Positions 27,183 to 36,705 of a stretch of 64,000 bases of DNA are shown one piece after another (within the stretch, counting starts at the first letter, position 1; each line of letters opens with the position of its first letter). The stretch lies in the NCBI GenBank assembly GCA_009785525.1, contig WQWC01000005.1:11308-75307 (forward strand), given 5' to 3'. Made by a program: the position numbers and the translations under genes. The stretch is from Oscillospiraceae bacterium (GTDB lineage: Bacteria > Bacillota > Clostridia > Oscillospirales > Oscillospiraceae). The notes under the pieces were generated by a model. The model ran no database searches, was not told the DNA's origin, and saw only the letters and a program-made list of their open reading frames with translations.

Positions 27183-27769
27183 ATTTTACCTCGTTTTTCA
27201 AGTAGTGAAACAAGCTCCCTTATCGCGACGCCTCTGTGCGAAACCGCGTTTTTCTCCTCCAGCGACAGCTCTGCCATGCTCTTACCCGTTCCCGTCACCA
27301 GAAACACCGGGTCGTATCCGAAGCCGCCGGAGCCTCGTGGTTCGTGCAGAATCTCGCCTTGGCACTCACCTTCCGCTGACAGAATTTCGCCGTCGGGGAA
27401 AACGCATACTATAATAGAGACGAATTTCGCGGTTCTTTGTTCCGATTTTTCCATATTTTTCAAAAGAAGCGCGGCTCGTTCACTGTCGGTTAGTCCCTCG
27501 CCGCCGTACTCGCTGGAATAAACGCCCGGCGCGCCGCCCAGCGCGTCAACCACGATGCCGGAATCGTCGGCAATCGCGGGCAGGCCGGAGGCTTTGCAGA
27601 CGGCTTCGGCTTTCAACAGCGCATTCTCCATGAAAGTCGTGCCGGTTTCCTCCACCTCAAGGGCAAGTCCGACCTCGGCCTGGGACACGACTTCAATTGA
27701 AAGCTCCGCCAGAATTTCTCGCATTTCGCGTATTTTGCTCTTATTGGCTGTCGCAAGTACAAATTTCAT
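27179..27769 (-). CDS. rdgB: XTP/dITP diphosphatase (non-canonical purine NTP pyrophosphatase)
   Basis: ATANKSKIREM, DDSGIVVDALGGAPGVYS, GFGYDP and SHRG motifs. Confidence 0.92.
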   Translation of the reverse strand: MKFVLATANKSKIREMREILAELSIEVVSQAEVGLALEVEETGTTFMENALLKAEAVCKASGLPAIADDSGIVVDALGGAPGVYSSEYGGEGLTDSERAALLLKNMEKSEQRTAKFVSIIVCVFPDGEILSAEGECQGEILHEPRGSGGFGYDPVFLVTGTGKSMAELSLEEKNAVSHRGVAIRELVSLLEKRGKI

Positions 27770-28674
27770 TCCAGTATCGCCTCCGTGAATTCCTGCCCGT
27801 TGAATTCAATCAAATCCTCCGCCTTTTCGCCGACTCCCACGAGCTTTACGGGAATTCGCAGCTTGTCGGCAATTGCGAAGACGATGCCGCCCTTCGCCGT
27901 TCCGTCGAGCTTGGTCAGCACTACGCCGGTTATCTCTGCGGATTCTTTAAATTGCCGCGCTTGAACAAGCCCGTTCTGCCCGGTTGTGGCATCGAGCACC
28001 AGCAGAACCTCCTTGTCAGCTTCCGGCAATTCCTTGCTTATAATTCGGTTGATTTTGTTGAGTTCGTTCATTAAGTTTGACTTATTGTGCAGCCGCCCTG
28101 CCGTGTCGCAGATGACGACATCGACCCCGCGCGATTTCGCGGCGTTGAGTCCATCGAATATGACCGACGCAGGATCTGCCCCTTCATCGCGCCGGACAAT
28201 ATCAGCCCCAGCGCGGGATGCCCAGACGGAAAGTTGCTCCCCCGCCGCCGCACGGAAAGTATCCCCGGCGCATAACAGAACCTTCTTGCCCTCGGCCCCC
28301 AATTTCATCGCAAGCTTGCCGATTGTCGTCGTCTTCCCCACCCCGTTCACGCCGATTACCAAGATAACGGACGGCTTTGTGCCAAGTTTTAAAGCGCCGT
28401 CGCCAACGTCAAGAATCTCCGCCAGAATATCACGGAGCGCGTTTTTGATCTCATCTGCGTTTTTCAGCCCGTTTTGCCGTACTGTCTCGCGCAGATTCTC
28501 AACTGCGTTTGAGGCAGTTTCGGCACCGAGGTCGGAGAGTATCAGTGTCTCCTCAAGTTCTTCAAAAAACTCGTCATTCGCGCCGGTAAACGCGCTGAAC
28601 ATGCCACTCAGCTGCGTTGTTATGCTTTTTGAGGTTTTGGATAACCCCTCTTTAATCTTGCTTAAAAATCCCAA
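27766..28674 (-). CDS. ftsY: Signal recognition particle receptor FtsY
   Basis: GVNGVGKTTTIGKL, DTAGRL and TKLDGTAKGG motifs. TTG start at 28674 (LGFLSKIKEGL) has a GGGAGGAAG RBS 6 nt upstream and lies just past the smc stop. The track extension to 28731 would overlap smc. Confidence 0.9.
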   Translation of the reverse strand: MGFLSKIKEGLSKTSKSITTQLSGMFSAFTGANDEFFEELEETLILSDLGAETASNAVENLRETVRQNGLKNADEIKNALRDILAEILDVGDGALKLGTKPSVILVIGVNGVGKTTTIGKLAMKLGAEGKKVLLCAGDTFRAAAGEQLSVWASRAGADIVRRDEGADPASVIFDGLNAAKSRGVDVVICDTAGRLHNKSNLMNELNKINRIISKELPEADKEVLLVLDATTGQNGLVQARQFKESAEITGVVLTKLDGTAKGGIVFAIADKLRIPVKLVGVGEKAEDLIEFNGQEFTEAILE

Positions 28675-28675
28675 T

Positions 28676-31600
28676 TTAAACTTCCTCCCGAAGAGATACA
28701 ATATTACCGAGGTGACGCTCGGCCTCGTCAAGGTCGATTTTTAAGATACTGGAAACACCATGCTCTTGCATTGTGACGCCATACAACACGTCCGCTTCTT
28801 CCATTGTTCCCCGGCGATGCGAAATGACTATCGTCTGTGAGTGCTTCGATATCCTGCGCATATGCTCTGCAAACCGGACTATATTCGCATCGTCAAGGGC
28901 TGCTTCTATCTCATCCATTACGACAAATGGGGGCGGACGCACACTCAGGATCGCAAAGTATATCGCAATCGCGACAAACGCCTTTTCGCCGCCCGACAGC
29001 AGAGTAATCGTTTTCAACGATTTTCCCGGAGGCTGAACCTGAATTTCAATTCCGCACTCTAACACATCGCTCTCGTCCTCAAGGAGAATCGAGGCATGTC
29101 CACCGCCAAAAAGCTCTTTGAATACTTTTACAAATCTTTCGTTGATTAATTTAAATTCGCGTACAAAAATCTCCCGCATATGCGCCGTTATCTCAGCAAT
29201 TATCCCGGTGAGGTCAATTTTAGCCTTTTCGATGTCGTCGCGCTGGGCAGATAGGTACATATAACGGGTGTTTATCCGCTCGAACTCATCTATCGCGCCG
29301 ATATTCGGGTTACCCAGCTCAGATATTTCGCGCTTCAGTTTTGAAACCTCCCGCTGTGTGTTCGCCAGATTTTCAACAGCGGTTCCGACTGTTTTGGCCG
29401 ATATTCTGTTTAACTCATACGTGTCCCAAAGCTTGTCCACAATCTGCTTTTCTTCCATGTCCGCCGCCAGTTTTCTTTGCTCCAGCCGCGCACATTCGCG
29501 CTCTAAATCCAGAATCTCTCTGTTTTTTTCCTGAATCGACTTTCCTAGCGCGACTCTTTCGGCTTCAATTTCGAACTTTTTCTCATTAAGCTCCGAAAGG
29601 CGTTGCTTCTGACGTTCTATCTCGTCGGCAACCTCGGTTGATAAACGCTCTTTTTCCAGAACCTCCGCACGTATTTCATCATTTTTTACATTCAGTGAGT
29701 CTATCGTTTCAAGCTGGCGCCGACGGCTGCCGAACATTTCATCCCGCAATGCAGACATCTCTGAAACGGCTTTCGACAACGCCTGTCTTTCGGCGTCTAA
29801 TGAAGCTAATTGCGCACGCAGGCCCGACAGCTCAATATTCACACGCTCTCGCGCTTGGGACAGCAGTTCCTGCCCTTGGATAGATTCTTCAATCCGGAGT
29901 TTTATGTCCTCAGCTTCAGTCTCAAGTCTGGAAATTTCCGCGCGGGACAGCTCGGTCTCATTATTATTGGTCTGGATTTTCTGATTTATCGAATAAAGCT
30001 CTTCTTTCAACGCCGTGATAGACTCCCCGGCGGCGGCGATAAGTGCGGAACTGTGTGATTCTCTGCCTTCTTGCCTAATCAGCGCGTCTTCCGCAGTGCG
30101 GAGTTCGCCCATTGCTGTAGAGAGTTCGTATTCCGCGGCAGCTTTCTCGCGGACGCGTTCTGCGAGTTCCGCTTCTGCCTCCGCCAAGTCGCGGGAGCTT
30201 ATGTCTATACGCTCTGAGAGTTGCTTAAGCTCATTCGCGCGGGAAATTACACCTGCATTACTCACAGATGACCCGCCGGTCATAGATCCGCCGGTGTTCA
30301 CGACCTGCCCATCGAAAGTTACGACCCGGAATCTATTTCCGTGCCTTTTCGCTATCCTGACGGCGCTTGTCAAATCATCCGCTATCACAACGCGGCCCAA
30401 GATGTTTCTGTACACGCCCGCGTACTTGTCGTCACATTCAACCAGGTTAATCGCCAACCCCTCAAACCCGGGATCGTTTTCAATTTCTTTCTCGTTCAAG
30501 ATGTTGCCTTTGATTGTCGAAATCGGCAGGAATGTGGCGCGCCCCCCGTCGCGGCGTTTCAGGTAATTAATTGCCGATTTGCCGTCCTCTTCGGAGCCGA
30601 CTATAATATGCTGCATCGCGGCACCAAAGGCGGTTTCAATCGCCACGGAGTATTTGTCCGGCGTTTTAATCAGCCCTGCCGCCGTCCCATGGATGTTTTT
30701 CAGGGAACCACGCGACGACTCCTGCATTATCAGTCTCACGGCCTTTGAATATCCTTGATAATCCTTTTCCATGTCGGAAAGCATTCCGCTTCTGGCCTTC
30801 AGCGTTTTAAGCTCAAGAGACAGCCTGTCTGCCTTCTCCCCAGCTGAGTCCGCATTTTTTACGCGGTTTTGCGACTTTAATTCCAAGCCGTTTATAACGT
30901 TTTTTAGCGACTGCGTCTCTTCTTTGATTTTCTCAAGTTCGGCGGTGACTTTCTCATGCTCCGCCGTTGTTTCCAGGCGCTTATCTTCCGCTGATGAAAT
31001 CTCCTGCTTCACGGCGATATCCCTGTCATAAAGCTCCTGTGCCTGGAATGCTAACGCCGATAGCCCCACTTTTCGATCGTTCAGCGCAGTTTGAATCCCA
31101 CTTTCATTTTTAAGCAACGTACTAAGCATGTCCGAGGATTCACCTGCTGAACCGGAGATATCAGAAAGCGCTGAAACCAGCGTGTCCGACTGCGCATCAA
31201 GTTCTTTTCGCGCCTCATCGATTTCGTTAAGTCGGCCCTTTCGTTCGTTGATCTGCCGTCCGAGACCGTCCTGACGCCCGTCCTGGCTTTGCAGTTCAAG
31301 ATTCAAGCTTTCAATTTGGCTCAGATTACCCTCCAGCTGCGATTTCAACACAGCGGCGGCGCTCTCAATATCACTCAAACGCGATTCCCCCGCAGACCGT
31401 GACTCCCGTGCCGATTCAGCCTCAACATCGTATCGGTGCATTTTCTCGGTGATGGATTCGGATTCCAGTATACTTTCGTCCAGTTCACGCCCGGCGGTTT
31501 CTAACAATTGCTTCGCGGAGACATAATCACTCTGTGCTTTTTCGGATCGTTTTATTAAATCGTCAAGCTCACGCAGCCAGACGGATACTTCAAGAACCCG

Positions 31601-32266
31601 CAGCTCATCTCTGAGCAGAAGATACTTTTTCGCAATTTCAGCCTGCTCGCGTAGCGGTTCTATCTGCAATTCAAGTTCCGCTATCTTGTCACAGGCCCTG
31701 ACAAGATTTTCGTCCGTTTGAAGAAGCTTGCGCTCCGCTTCTTCTTTTCTGTGTCTGTAGCGCGATATCCCGGCCGCTTCTTCAAAAACCTCTCGCCTGT
31801 CTTTGCCTCTTACCGACAGGATTTCATCTATCTTGCCCTGGCCGATAATGCTGTAGCCCTCTCTTCCAAGTCCTGTGTCCATAAAAAGGTCGTTAACATC
31901 CCGCAGGCGGACGAGTTCTCGGTTGATGTAATACTCACTCTCGCCGGAGCGGTAGTATCGCCTTGTTATCATAACTTCGGTGTTGTCAAGTTTTAACGCA
32001 CCGTCAGAATTGTCAAGTATCAAAGACACTTCGGCGAATCCCATCTGGGAGCGCCGCTGTGTCCCGCCGAATATAATGTCTTCCATTTTTCCGCCGCGCA
32101 AGGTTTTGGTTGACTGTTCCCCCATCACCCATAAAATCGCATCGGAAATATTTGATTTTCCGCTGCCGTTTGGTCCGACAATGCCGGTGATTGGTTTGTC
32201 AAACGTAAGCCTTGTCTTTTCCGGAAATGACTTAAAGCCTTGTATTTCCAGAGATTTTAAGTACAG
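28676..32266 (-). CDS. smc: Chromosome partition protein Smc; N-terminus (with Walker A) extends beyond the track ORF, apparent CTG start
   Basis: Upstream of the track start the same frame reads LYLKSLEIQGFKSFPEKTRLTFDKPITGIVGPNGSGKSNISDAILWV-MGEQ with no stop. An in-frame TGA lies at 32273-32275. Between it and the Walker A there is no ATG, GTG or TTG. The CTG at 32266 has a GGCGGTGA RBS 6 nt upstream. C-terminal LSGGEK signature and Walker B VVMDEIEAALD are present. Confidence 0.88.
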   Translation of the reverse strand: MYLKSLEIQGFKSFPEKTRLTFDKPITGIVGPNGSGKSNISDAILWVMGEQSTKTLRGGKMEDIIFGGTQRRSQMGFAEVSLILDNSDGALKLDNTEVMITRRYYRSGESEYYINRELVRLRDVNDLFMDTGLGREGYSIIGQGKIDEILSVRGKDRREVFEEAAGISRYRHRKEEAERKLLQTDENLVRACDKIAELELQIEPLREQAEIAKKYLLLRDELRVLEVSVWLRELDDLIKRSEKAQSDYVSAKQLLETAGRELDESILESESITEKMHRYDVEAESARESRSAGESRLSDIESAAAVLKSQLEGNLSQIESLNLELQSQDGRQDGLGRQINERKGRLNEIDEARKELDAQSDTLVSALSDISGSAGESSDMLSTLLKNESGIQTALNDRKVGLSALAFQAQELYDRDIAVKQEISSAEDKRLETTAEHEKVTAELEKIKEETQSLKNVINGLELKSQNRVKNADSAGEKADRLSLELKTLKARSGMLSDMEKDYQGYSKAVRLIMQESSRGSLKNIHGTAAGLIKTPDKYSVAIETAFGAAMQHIIVGSEEDGKSAINYLKRRDGGRATFLPISTIKGNILNEKEIENDPGFEGLAINLVECDDKYAGVYRNILGRVVIADDLTSAVRIAKRHGNRFRVVTFDGQVVNTGGSMTGGSSVSNAGVISRANELKQLSERIDISSRDLAEAEAELAERVREKAAAEYELSTAMGELRTAEDALIRQEGRESHSSALIAAAGESITALKEELYSINQKIQTNNNETELSRAEISRLETEAEDIKLRIEESIQGQELLSQARERVNIELSGLRAQLASLDAERQALSKAVSEMSALRDEMFGSRRRQLETIDSLNVKNDEIRAEVLEKERLSTEVADEIERQKQRLSELNEKKFEIEAERVALGKSIQEKNREILDLERECARLEQRKLAADMEEKQIVDKLWDTYELNRISAKTVGTAVENLANTQREVSKLKREISELGNPNIGAIDEFERINTRYMYLSAQRDDIEKAKIDLTGIIAEITAHMREIFVREFKLINERFVKVFKELFGGGHASILLEDESDVLECGIEIQVQPPGKSLKTITLLSGGEKAFVAIAIYFAILSVRPPPFVVMDEIEAALDDANIVRFAEHMRRISKHSQTIVISHRRGTMEEADVLYGVTMQEHGVSSILKIDLDEAERHLGNIVSLREEV

Positions 32267-32311
32267 AACAAATCACCGCCTTTAAAATAATTAAACTACA
32301 TTATACACTTT

Positions 32312-33292
32312 TTATGTCAATATTTCAACTTTTATTTCTTCCGGAAGCAAATCAGTTCCAACAATTCTTATCGACATTGCTGTGAATTTCTGTTTAAGAG
32401 CGTCAACGTTTGCCCTATGCTGGCCTGTCATTACAGACACACGGTTTTTTGCGACATGCAAAATCACATCGGAATCCGATGGAATCTCCTCCAGTTTTTT
32501 GATGGCCTTGTCAAGATACATCCTTGAGTACACAAGCTCGCCAAACGCCGGGTGATACGCCCCGGCGGCGGCGTCACCGGAACTCAGCGCCTCCGTTGGA
32601 TTCAGTCCGAGCCTAATTATCGGAATTCCCGCCGCATCAAACATCGCACATAATTCGGCGCACAGATTTACGGCGTCCTCCACCGTGTGTTCCCGGTAAT
32701 CGCCGTGCCGCCACATGTCGAAAAGCTCAGTACCGCGCACAACAACGGCGGGATATATCCGCACGCCGTCCGGGGCGATTTCTATGAACTTTTCGGCGGT
32801 ATAGCGCGATGTATCCGGCGCATCCCCCGGCAGCCCGGTCATCATCTGTAGTATTAGCGACAATCCCGCGTCCTTGATTATCTTTGCCGCCTTAAAAACA
32901 TCTGACGCGATGTGTCCGCGTCGAGAATGGCCAAGCACGTCGTCACACATCGATTGCGCGCCCAGTTCAACAGTCGCGACGCCGAAGCTTTTCAGCCTCT
33001 CGCAAATCTCCTCGTCAATACAATCCGGCCTTGTGGATATCCGAATCTCAAATGGCTGTGCCGCCGCCAAGAATTCGTTTTGGACGTGAACCGGCAACGC
33101 GGTGAAGCTGCCGCCGTAGAAAGCAATCTCCGTAGCATTAACTTCTGTCTTGGCAATAGTCGCTGCCGCACGGACATCGTCCAAGGTTGCGGCGCCTGAA
33201 CCCGCTATTCTGTGCTGGTTGCAGAATACGCAACTATGAGGGCACCCGGCGTGCGGTATAAATAACGGGATGATCTTTCGCCGCGGCGTCAT
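32312..33292 (-). CDS. Radical SAM protein (ELP3/MiaB-like family lacking an acetyltransferase domain)
   Basis: CPHSCVFCNQ (CxxxCxxC) near the N-terminus. 326 aa. Conserved position between rnc and smc in Clostridia. Confidence 0.8.
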   Translation of the reverse strand: MTPRRKIIPLFIPHAGCPHSCVFCNQHRIAGSGAATLDDVRAAATIAKTEVNATEIAFYGGSFTALPVHVQNEFLAAAQPFEIRISTRPDCIDEEICERLKSFGVATVELGAQSMCDDVLGHSRRGHIASDVFKAAKIIKDAGLSLILQMMTGLPGDAPDTSRYTAEKFIEIAPDGVRIYPAVVVRGTELFDMWRHGDYREHTVEDAVNLCAELCAMFDAAGIPIIRLGLNPTEALSSGDAAAGAYHPAFGELVYSRMYLDKAIKKLEEIPSDSDVILHVAKNRVSVMTGQHRANVDALKQKFTAMSIRIVGTDLLPEEIKVEILT

Positions 33293-33963
33293 TTTGCCAG
33301 TTCCCCCAGTGCAGATTGCGCGGCGGCCTGTTCTGCTTCTTTTTTGCTTTTGCCGGAGCCTTGTCCGATCAGCTTACCGTTTAGCCGCACCTCAACTGTG
33401 AAAGACTTCATATGGTCGGGGCCGCTTTCGTCGGTGGTGTGATAACTCAGCGTCTGTCCGGCTGTTTCTTGAACTACCTCCTGCAAGGCCGTTTTATAGT
33501 CATGATTTTCAAGCTGCATATGCTCCGCCTGCGGGGTTAAATGTTCCGCTATAAGCTTTGTGACAGGTTCAAATCCGCCGTCAAGGTAGATAGCTGCCAG
33601 TACAGCCTCAAAAGCATCGGCCAGAATTGATGGACGGGTGCGCCCGCCGCTTTTTTCCTCGCCGCGCCCTAAACGCAGGTATTCACCGAGATTGAAGCTT
33701 TCGGCGAGTGCCGCCAGACTTTTCTCACAGACAAGTTCCGCACGAAGGCGCGTCATCTGCCCCTCCGGCATGTTCGGCTTGTTCTTGTAAATAAGCGCGG
33801 ACACAGTCATGCCGAGCACCGAGTCGCCCAGAAATTCAAGCCTTTCATTACTGACCTCCCCGCTTTTCTTATTTTCGTTGGCATAAGAACTGTGTGTCAG
33901 CGCTGATTTTAACAGCGCGGGGTCGTTGAATTTATATCCAATTTTCTCCTGCAAATCTTTCAT
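33289..33963 (-). CDS. rnc: Ribonuclease III
   Basis: NERLEFLGDSVLG catalytic signature and a C-terminal dsRBD (GSGKSKKEAEQAAA). ATG 33963 (MKDLQEKIGYKF). Confidence 0.93.
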   Translation of the reverse strand: MKDLQEKIGYKFNDPALLKSALTHSSYANENKKSGEVSNERLEFLGDSVLGMTVSALIYKNKPNMPEGQMTRLRAELVCEKSLAALAESFNLGEYLRLGRGEEKSGGRTRPSILADAFEAVLAAIYLDGGFEPVTKLIAEHLTPQAEHMQLENHDYKTALQEVVQETAGQTLSYHTTDESGPDHMKSFTVEVRLNGKLIGQGSGKSKKEAEQAAAQSALGELAK

Positions 33964-34020
33964 TTTACTCCCCCACAAAAACAAAGGCGGGCTTTATAAC
34001 CCGCCGTCATAGTTAGTTAT

Positions 34021-34254
34021 CTAATCGCAGTTTTCTGAAACCCAGCGAAAAACATCGCCAACAGTAGCCAGTTTGGCTATAACTTCCTCGTCAATCTCCG
34101 GGATATCGAATTCTTCTTCCAGCGCCATCGTAAGCTCCACAACATCAAGGGAGTCCGCGCCAAGATCATCAACGAAAGCAGTTTCCATGTCTATTGATGC
34201 CTCGCTTACAGAAAACTGCTCGGCAATCAGGGCGCGTAGTTTTTCGAAAATCAC
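34021..34254 (-). CDS. acpP: Acyl carrier protein
   Basis: [20 protein letters not shown], containing the phosphopantetheine-attachment Ser. 77 aa. Confidence 0.93.
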   Translation of the reverse strand: MIFEKLRALIAEQFSVSEASIDMETAFVDDLGADSLDVVELTMALEEEFDIPEIDEEVIAKLATVGDVFRWVSENCD

Positions 34255-34323
34255 AACAAATCACCTCATAATTAATATCTGTCAAATATTAAAACGAATA
34301 TGGCCATTTGTCAATAATTTTTA

Positions 34324-35370
34324 TTACGTATTTTCGTCTGCTTTATCGTCCGCATCGTCAATTTTCATTCTGTCTATATTCATCTGCAATCGCGCCGCCG
34401 TATCAGCCTCCGTGGCAGTGACCGCCGCGCGTATAGCGTTGGCTATAGCGGTAGCGTTTGATGAACCATGCGCCTTTATCACAGGCTTTGAAATCCCCAG
34501 TAGCATTGTGCCGCCGATTTTATCACTGTCCAGCCGCGCCCGCATTTTGCGCAGTTGTTTTTTTACAATCAAGCCTGAAATCAGCGTCGCGATATTTTTT
34601 GTAAAGATTTTAGCAAGTTCAGTCAGAATAAACGACGCCATACCTTCGGCAGACTTGAGAAACACATTGCCGGAGAATCCGTCACAAACCAGAACGTCGC
34701 ACTCATCAAGCATTGCGCCCCTTGCCTCAACGTTTCCGACAAAGTTAATGTCCCCGTCCTCGCCCGCTTTTTCGAGCAGCTTGTACGCCTCTAACTGAAG
34801 CGGTGTGCCTTTTGACGGCTCCGTACCATTGTTCAAAAGCCCAATGCGCGGGGACTCTATTTTTAACATATCTTCGGCGTAATACGAACCCATGAAAGCG
34901 AACTGCAACAGGTATTCCGGCTTACATTCTGCATATGCGCCGCAGTCGATAAGTATAAATCCCTCTGCGGTGTTTGGTATCAGCGGAGCCAACGCCGCGC
35001 GGCGGATTCCACGCACACGTTTAACAACAAATGTTGCCCCGGATACTATTGCCCCCGTGCTGCCGGCGGAAACAAGCGCGTCCCCCCTGCCATCCCGCAG
35101 AAGATTAAGCGCGACTGTCAGAGACGAGTCTTTTTTATTCCGCACAGCGTTTAAGGGGTCTTCGTCCATGGCGATAACCTCGGAGGCGTTTACGATTTCA
35201 ACGCCGCGCGGCAATTCTTTCAAGCCCATTTTTTCTATACTGCGCAGTATATCCTCACCCCGACCCGCGAGAATGACTTCGATATTCTCTTCACGGACCG
35301 CTTCCAACGCGCCTTTTACGATCTCTTCCGGGGCGTTATCGCCGCCCATTGCGTCAACAATTATTTTCAT
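34324..35370 (-). CDS. plsX: Phosphate acyltransferase PlsX
   Basis: MKIIVDAMGGDNAP, GFSGNVFLKSAEG and IKAHGSS motifs. Confidence 0.93.
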   Translation of the reverse strand: MKIIVDAMGGDNAPEEIVKGALEAVREENIEVILAGRGEDILRSIEKMGLKELPRGVEIVNASEVIAMDEDPLNAVRNKKDSSLTVALNLLRDGRGDALVSAGSTGAIVSGATFVVKRVRGIRRAALAPLIPNTAEGFILIDCGAYAECKPEYLLQFAFMGSYYAEDMLKIESPRIGLLNNGTEPSKGTPLQLEAYKLLEKAGEDGDINFVGNVEARGAMLDECDVLVCDGFSGNVFLKSAEGMASFILTELAKIFTKNIATLISGLIVKKQLRKMRARLDSDKIGGTMLLGISKPVIKAHGSSNATAIANAIRAAVTATEADTAARLQMNIDRMKIDDADDKADENT

Positions 35371-35397
35371 GTACTTAATAATCCTCCTTGCGCCGGT

Positions 35398-36705
35398 TCA
35401 TATCGATGCGCAGATGCTGTCAATAATCGAAAGTGACCTTTCGGAAATTGCCAGATTTTTGTTCCGTTTGCCTTTTACTTTGTGACCCAGGGGTTCTATT
35501 ATGCCAAAATTTACGTTCATTGGCTGGAATCCGGAAACAGCCCCGCCGGAGGTATATAGCGTAAGCGCGCCGATAGCCGTCTCTTTCGGGAAGTCCATAG
35601 GCGGCAGTCCCATAATCTCCCGCGCTGTCTGCAAGCCTGTCAAAAGTCCCGAGGACGCGGATTCGACATATCCCTCCACGCCGGTTATTTGACCCGCAAA
35701 GCTTATTCTCGGCTGTTTTATAAGCCTGTTATACTTGTCCAGCAGTTTTGGTGAATCCAAATACGTATTGCGGTGCATAACGCCGTAACGGACAAATTCG
35801 GCATCTTTCAACGCAGGTATCATTGAAAACACCCGCTTTTGCTCTGGGAATTTTAAATGCGTCTGGAACCCGACAAGGTTGTACAGCGTGCCTTCAATGT
35901 TGTCTTTCCGCAGCTGCACAACTGCATATGGCTCCTTGCCTGTCTTGGGGTCAATCAAACCTACAGGTTTCAACGGACCGTACCGCATTGTGTCCTCCCC
36001 GCGCCTTGCCATTACTTCGATTGGCATACAACCCTCAAATATCAGCTTGTCCTCAAATTCGTGAACCGGGGTTTCTTCGGCAGAGATCAGCTCGGTGTAA
36101 AATGCCTGATATTCCTCGCGAGTCATGGGACAATTTATATAATCTGCGTCACCTTTATCATAGCGCGAGGCGAAGTACGCATTTTGCATATCAACGCTCT
36201 CAAACGTAACTATCGGTGCGGCGGAATCGAAAAAGCTTAGCATCTTTTTATCGGGCAGCAGATCGGCCAGTTCCGTAGCCAACGCATCTGCCGTGAGCGG
36301 GCCCGTGGCGATAATTACGCGTCCGTCCGGTATCTGCGTAACCTCGTGCTCTGTTATTAAGATAAGTTGATGGCTCCGGATTTTCTCCGTCACCATGGCC
36401 GCAAAACGAGACCTGTCAACAGCCAGCGCTCCGCCGGCCGGGACGCGCGTTTTATCGGCGCATTCGATTATCACGCTGCCGAGTCTGCGCATTTCCTCTT
36501 TAAGCAGTCCGACGGCGTTTGTCAGGTCGTTGCTCCGCAGTGAGTTTGAACACACAAGCTCGGCAAAATCCGGAGACAAATGTGCGGGGGTACTTTTCTG
36601 CGGCTTCATCTCGATAAGTTCCACCGGAACCCCTCGGTTGGCTAATTGCCAAGCGGCTTCACACCCCGCCAATCCAGCGCCGATGACTTTTACCGCTGCC
36701 GTCAC
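35398..36705 (-). CDS. trmFO: Methylenetetrahydrofolate--tRNA-(uracil-5-)-methyltransferase TrmFO
   Basis: VIGAGLAGCEAAWQLA FAD motif, FAGQITGVEGYVESA and GFQPMNVNFG motifs. Confidence 0.93.
   Translation of the reverse strand: MTAAVKVIGAGLAGCEAAWQLANRGVPVELIEMKPQKSTPAHLSPDFAELVCSNSLRSNDLTNAVGLLKEEMRRLGSVIIECADKTRVPAGGALAVDRSRFAAMVTEKIRSHQLILITEHEVTQIPDGRVIIATGPLTADALATELADLLPDKKMLSFFDSAAPIVTFESVDMQNAYFASRYDKGDADYINCPMTREEYQAFYTELISAEETPVHEFEDKLIFEGCMPIEVMARRGEDTMRYGPLKPVGLIDPKTGKEPYAVVQLRKDNIEGTLYNLVGFQTHLKFPEQKRVFSMIPALKDAEFVRYGVMHRNTYLDSPKLLDKYNRLIKQPRISFAGQITGVEGYVESASSGLLTGLQTAREIMGLPPMDFPKETAIGALTLYTSGGAVSGFQPMNVNFGIIEPLGHKVKGKRNKNLAISERSLSIIDSICASI

Noticed and set aside
27986-28744. 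252-aa plus-strand ORF, and similar long antisense ORFs (2372-3130, 2739-3497, 4714-5550, 34073-34798, 34892-35485, 8178-8807, 30015-30566)
   Set aside because: Each lies fully antisense within a confidently identified housekeeping gene (ftsY, der, gpsA, plsX/acpP, murD, smc). Each has a Ser/Pro/Ala/Arg-rich composition typical of shadow frames in GC-rich coding DNA.
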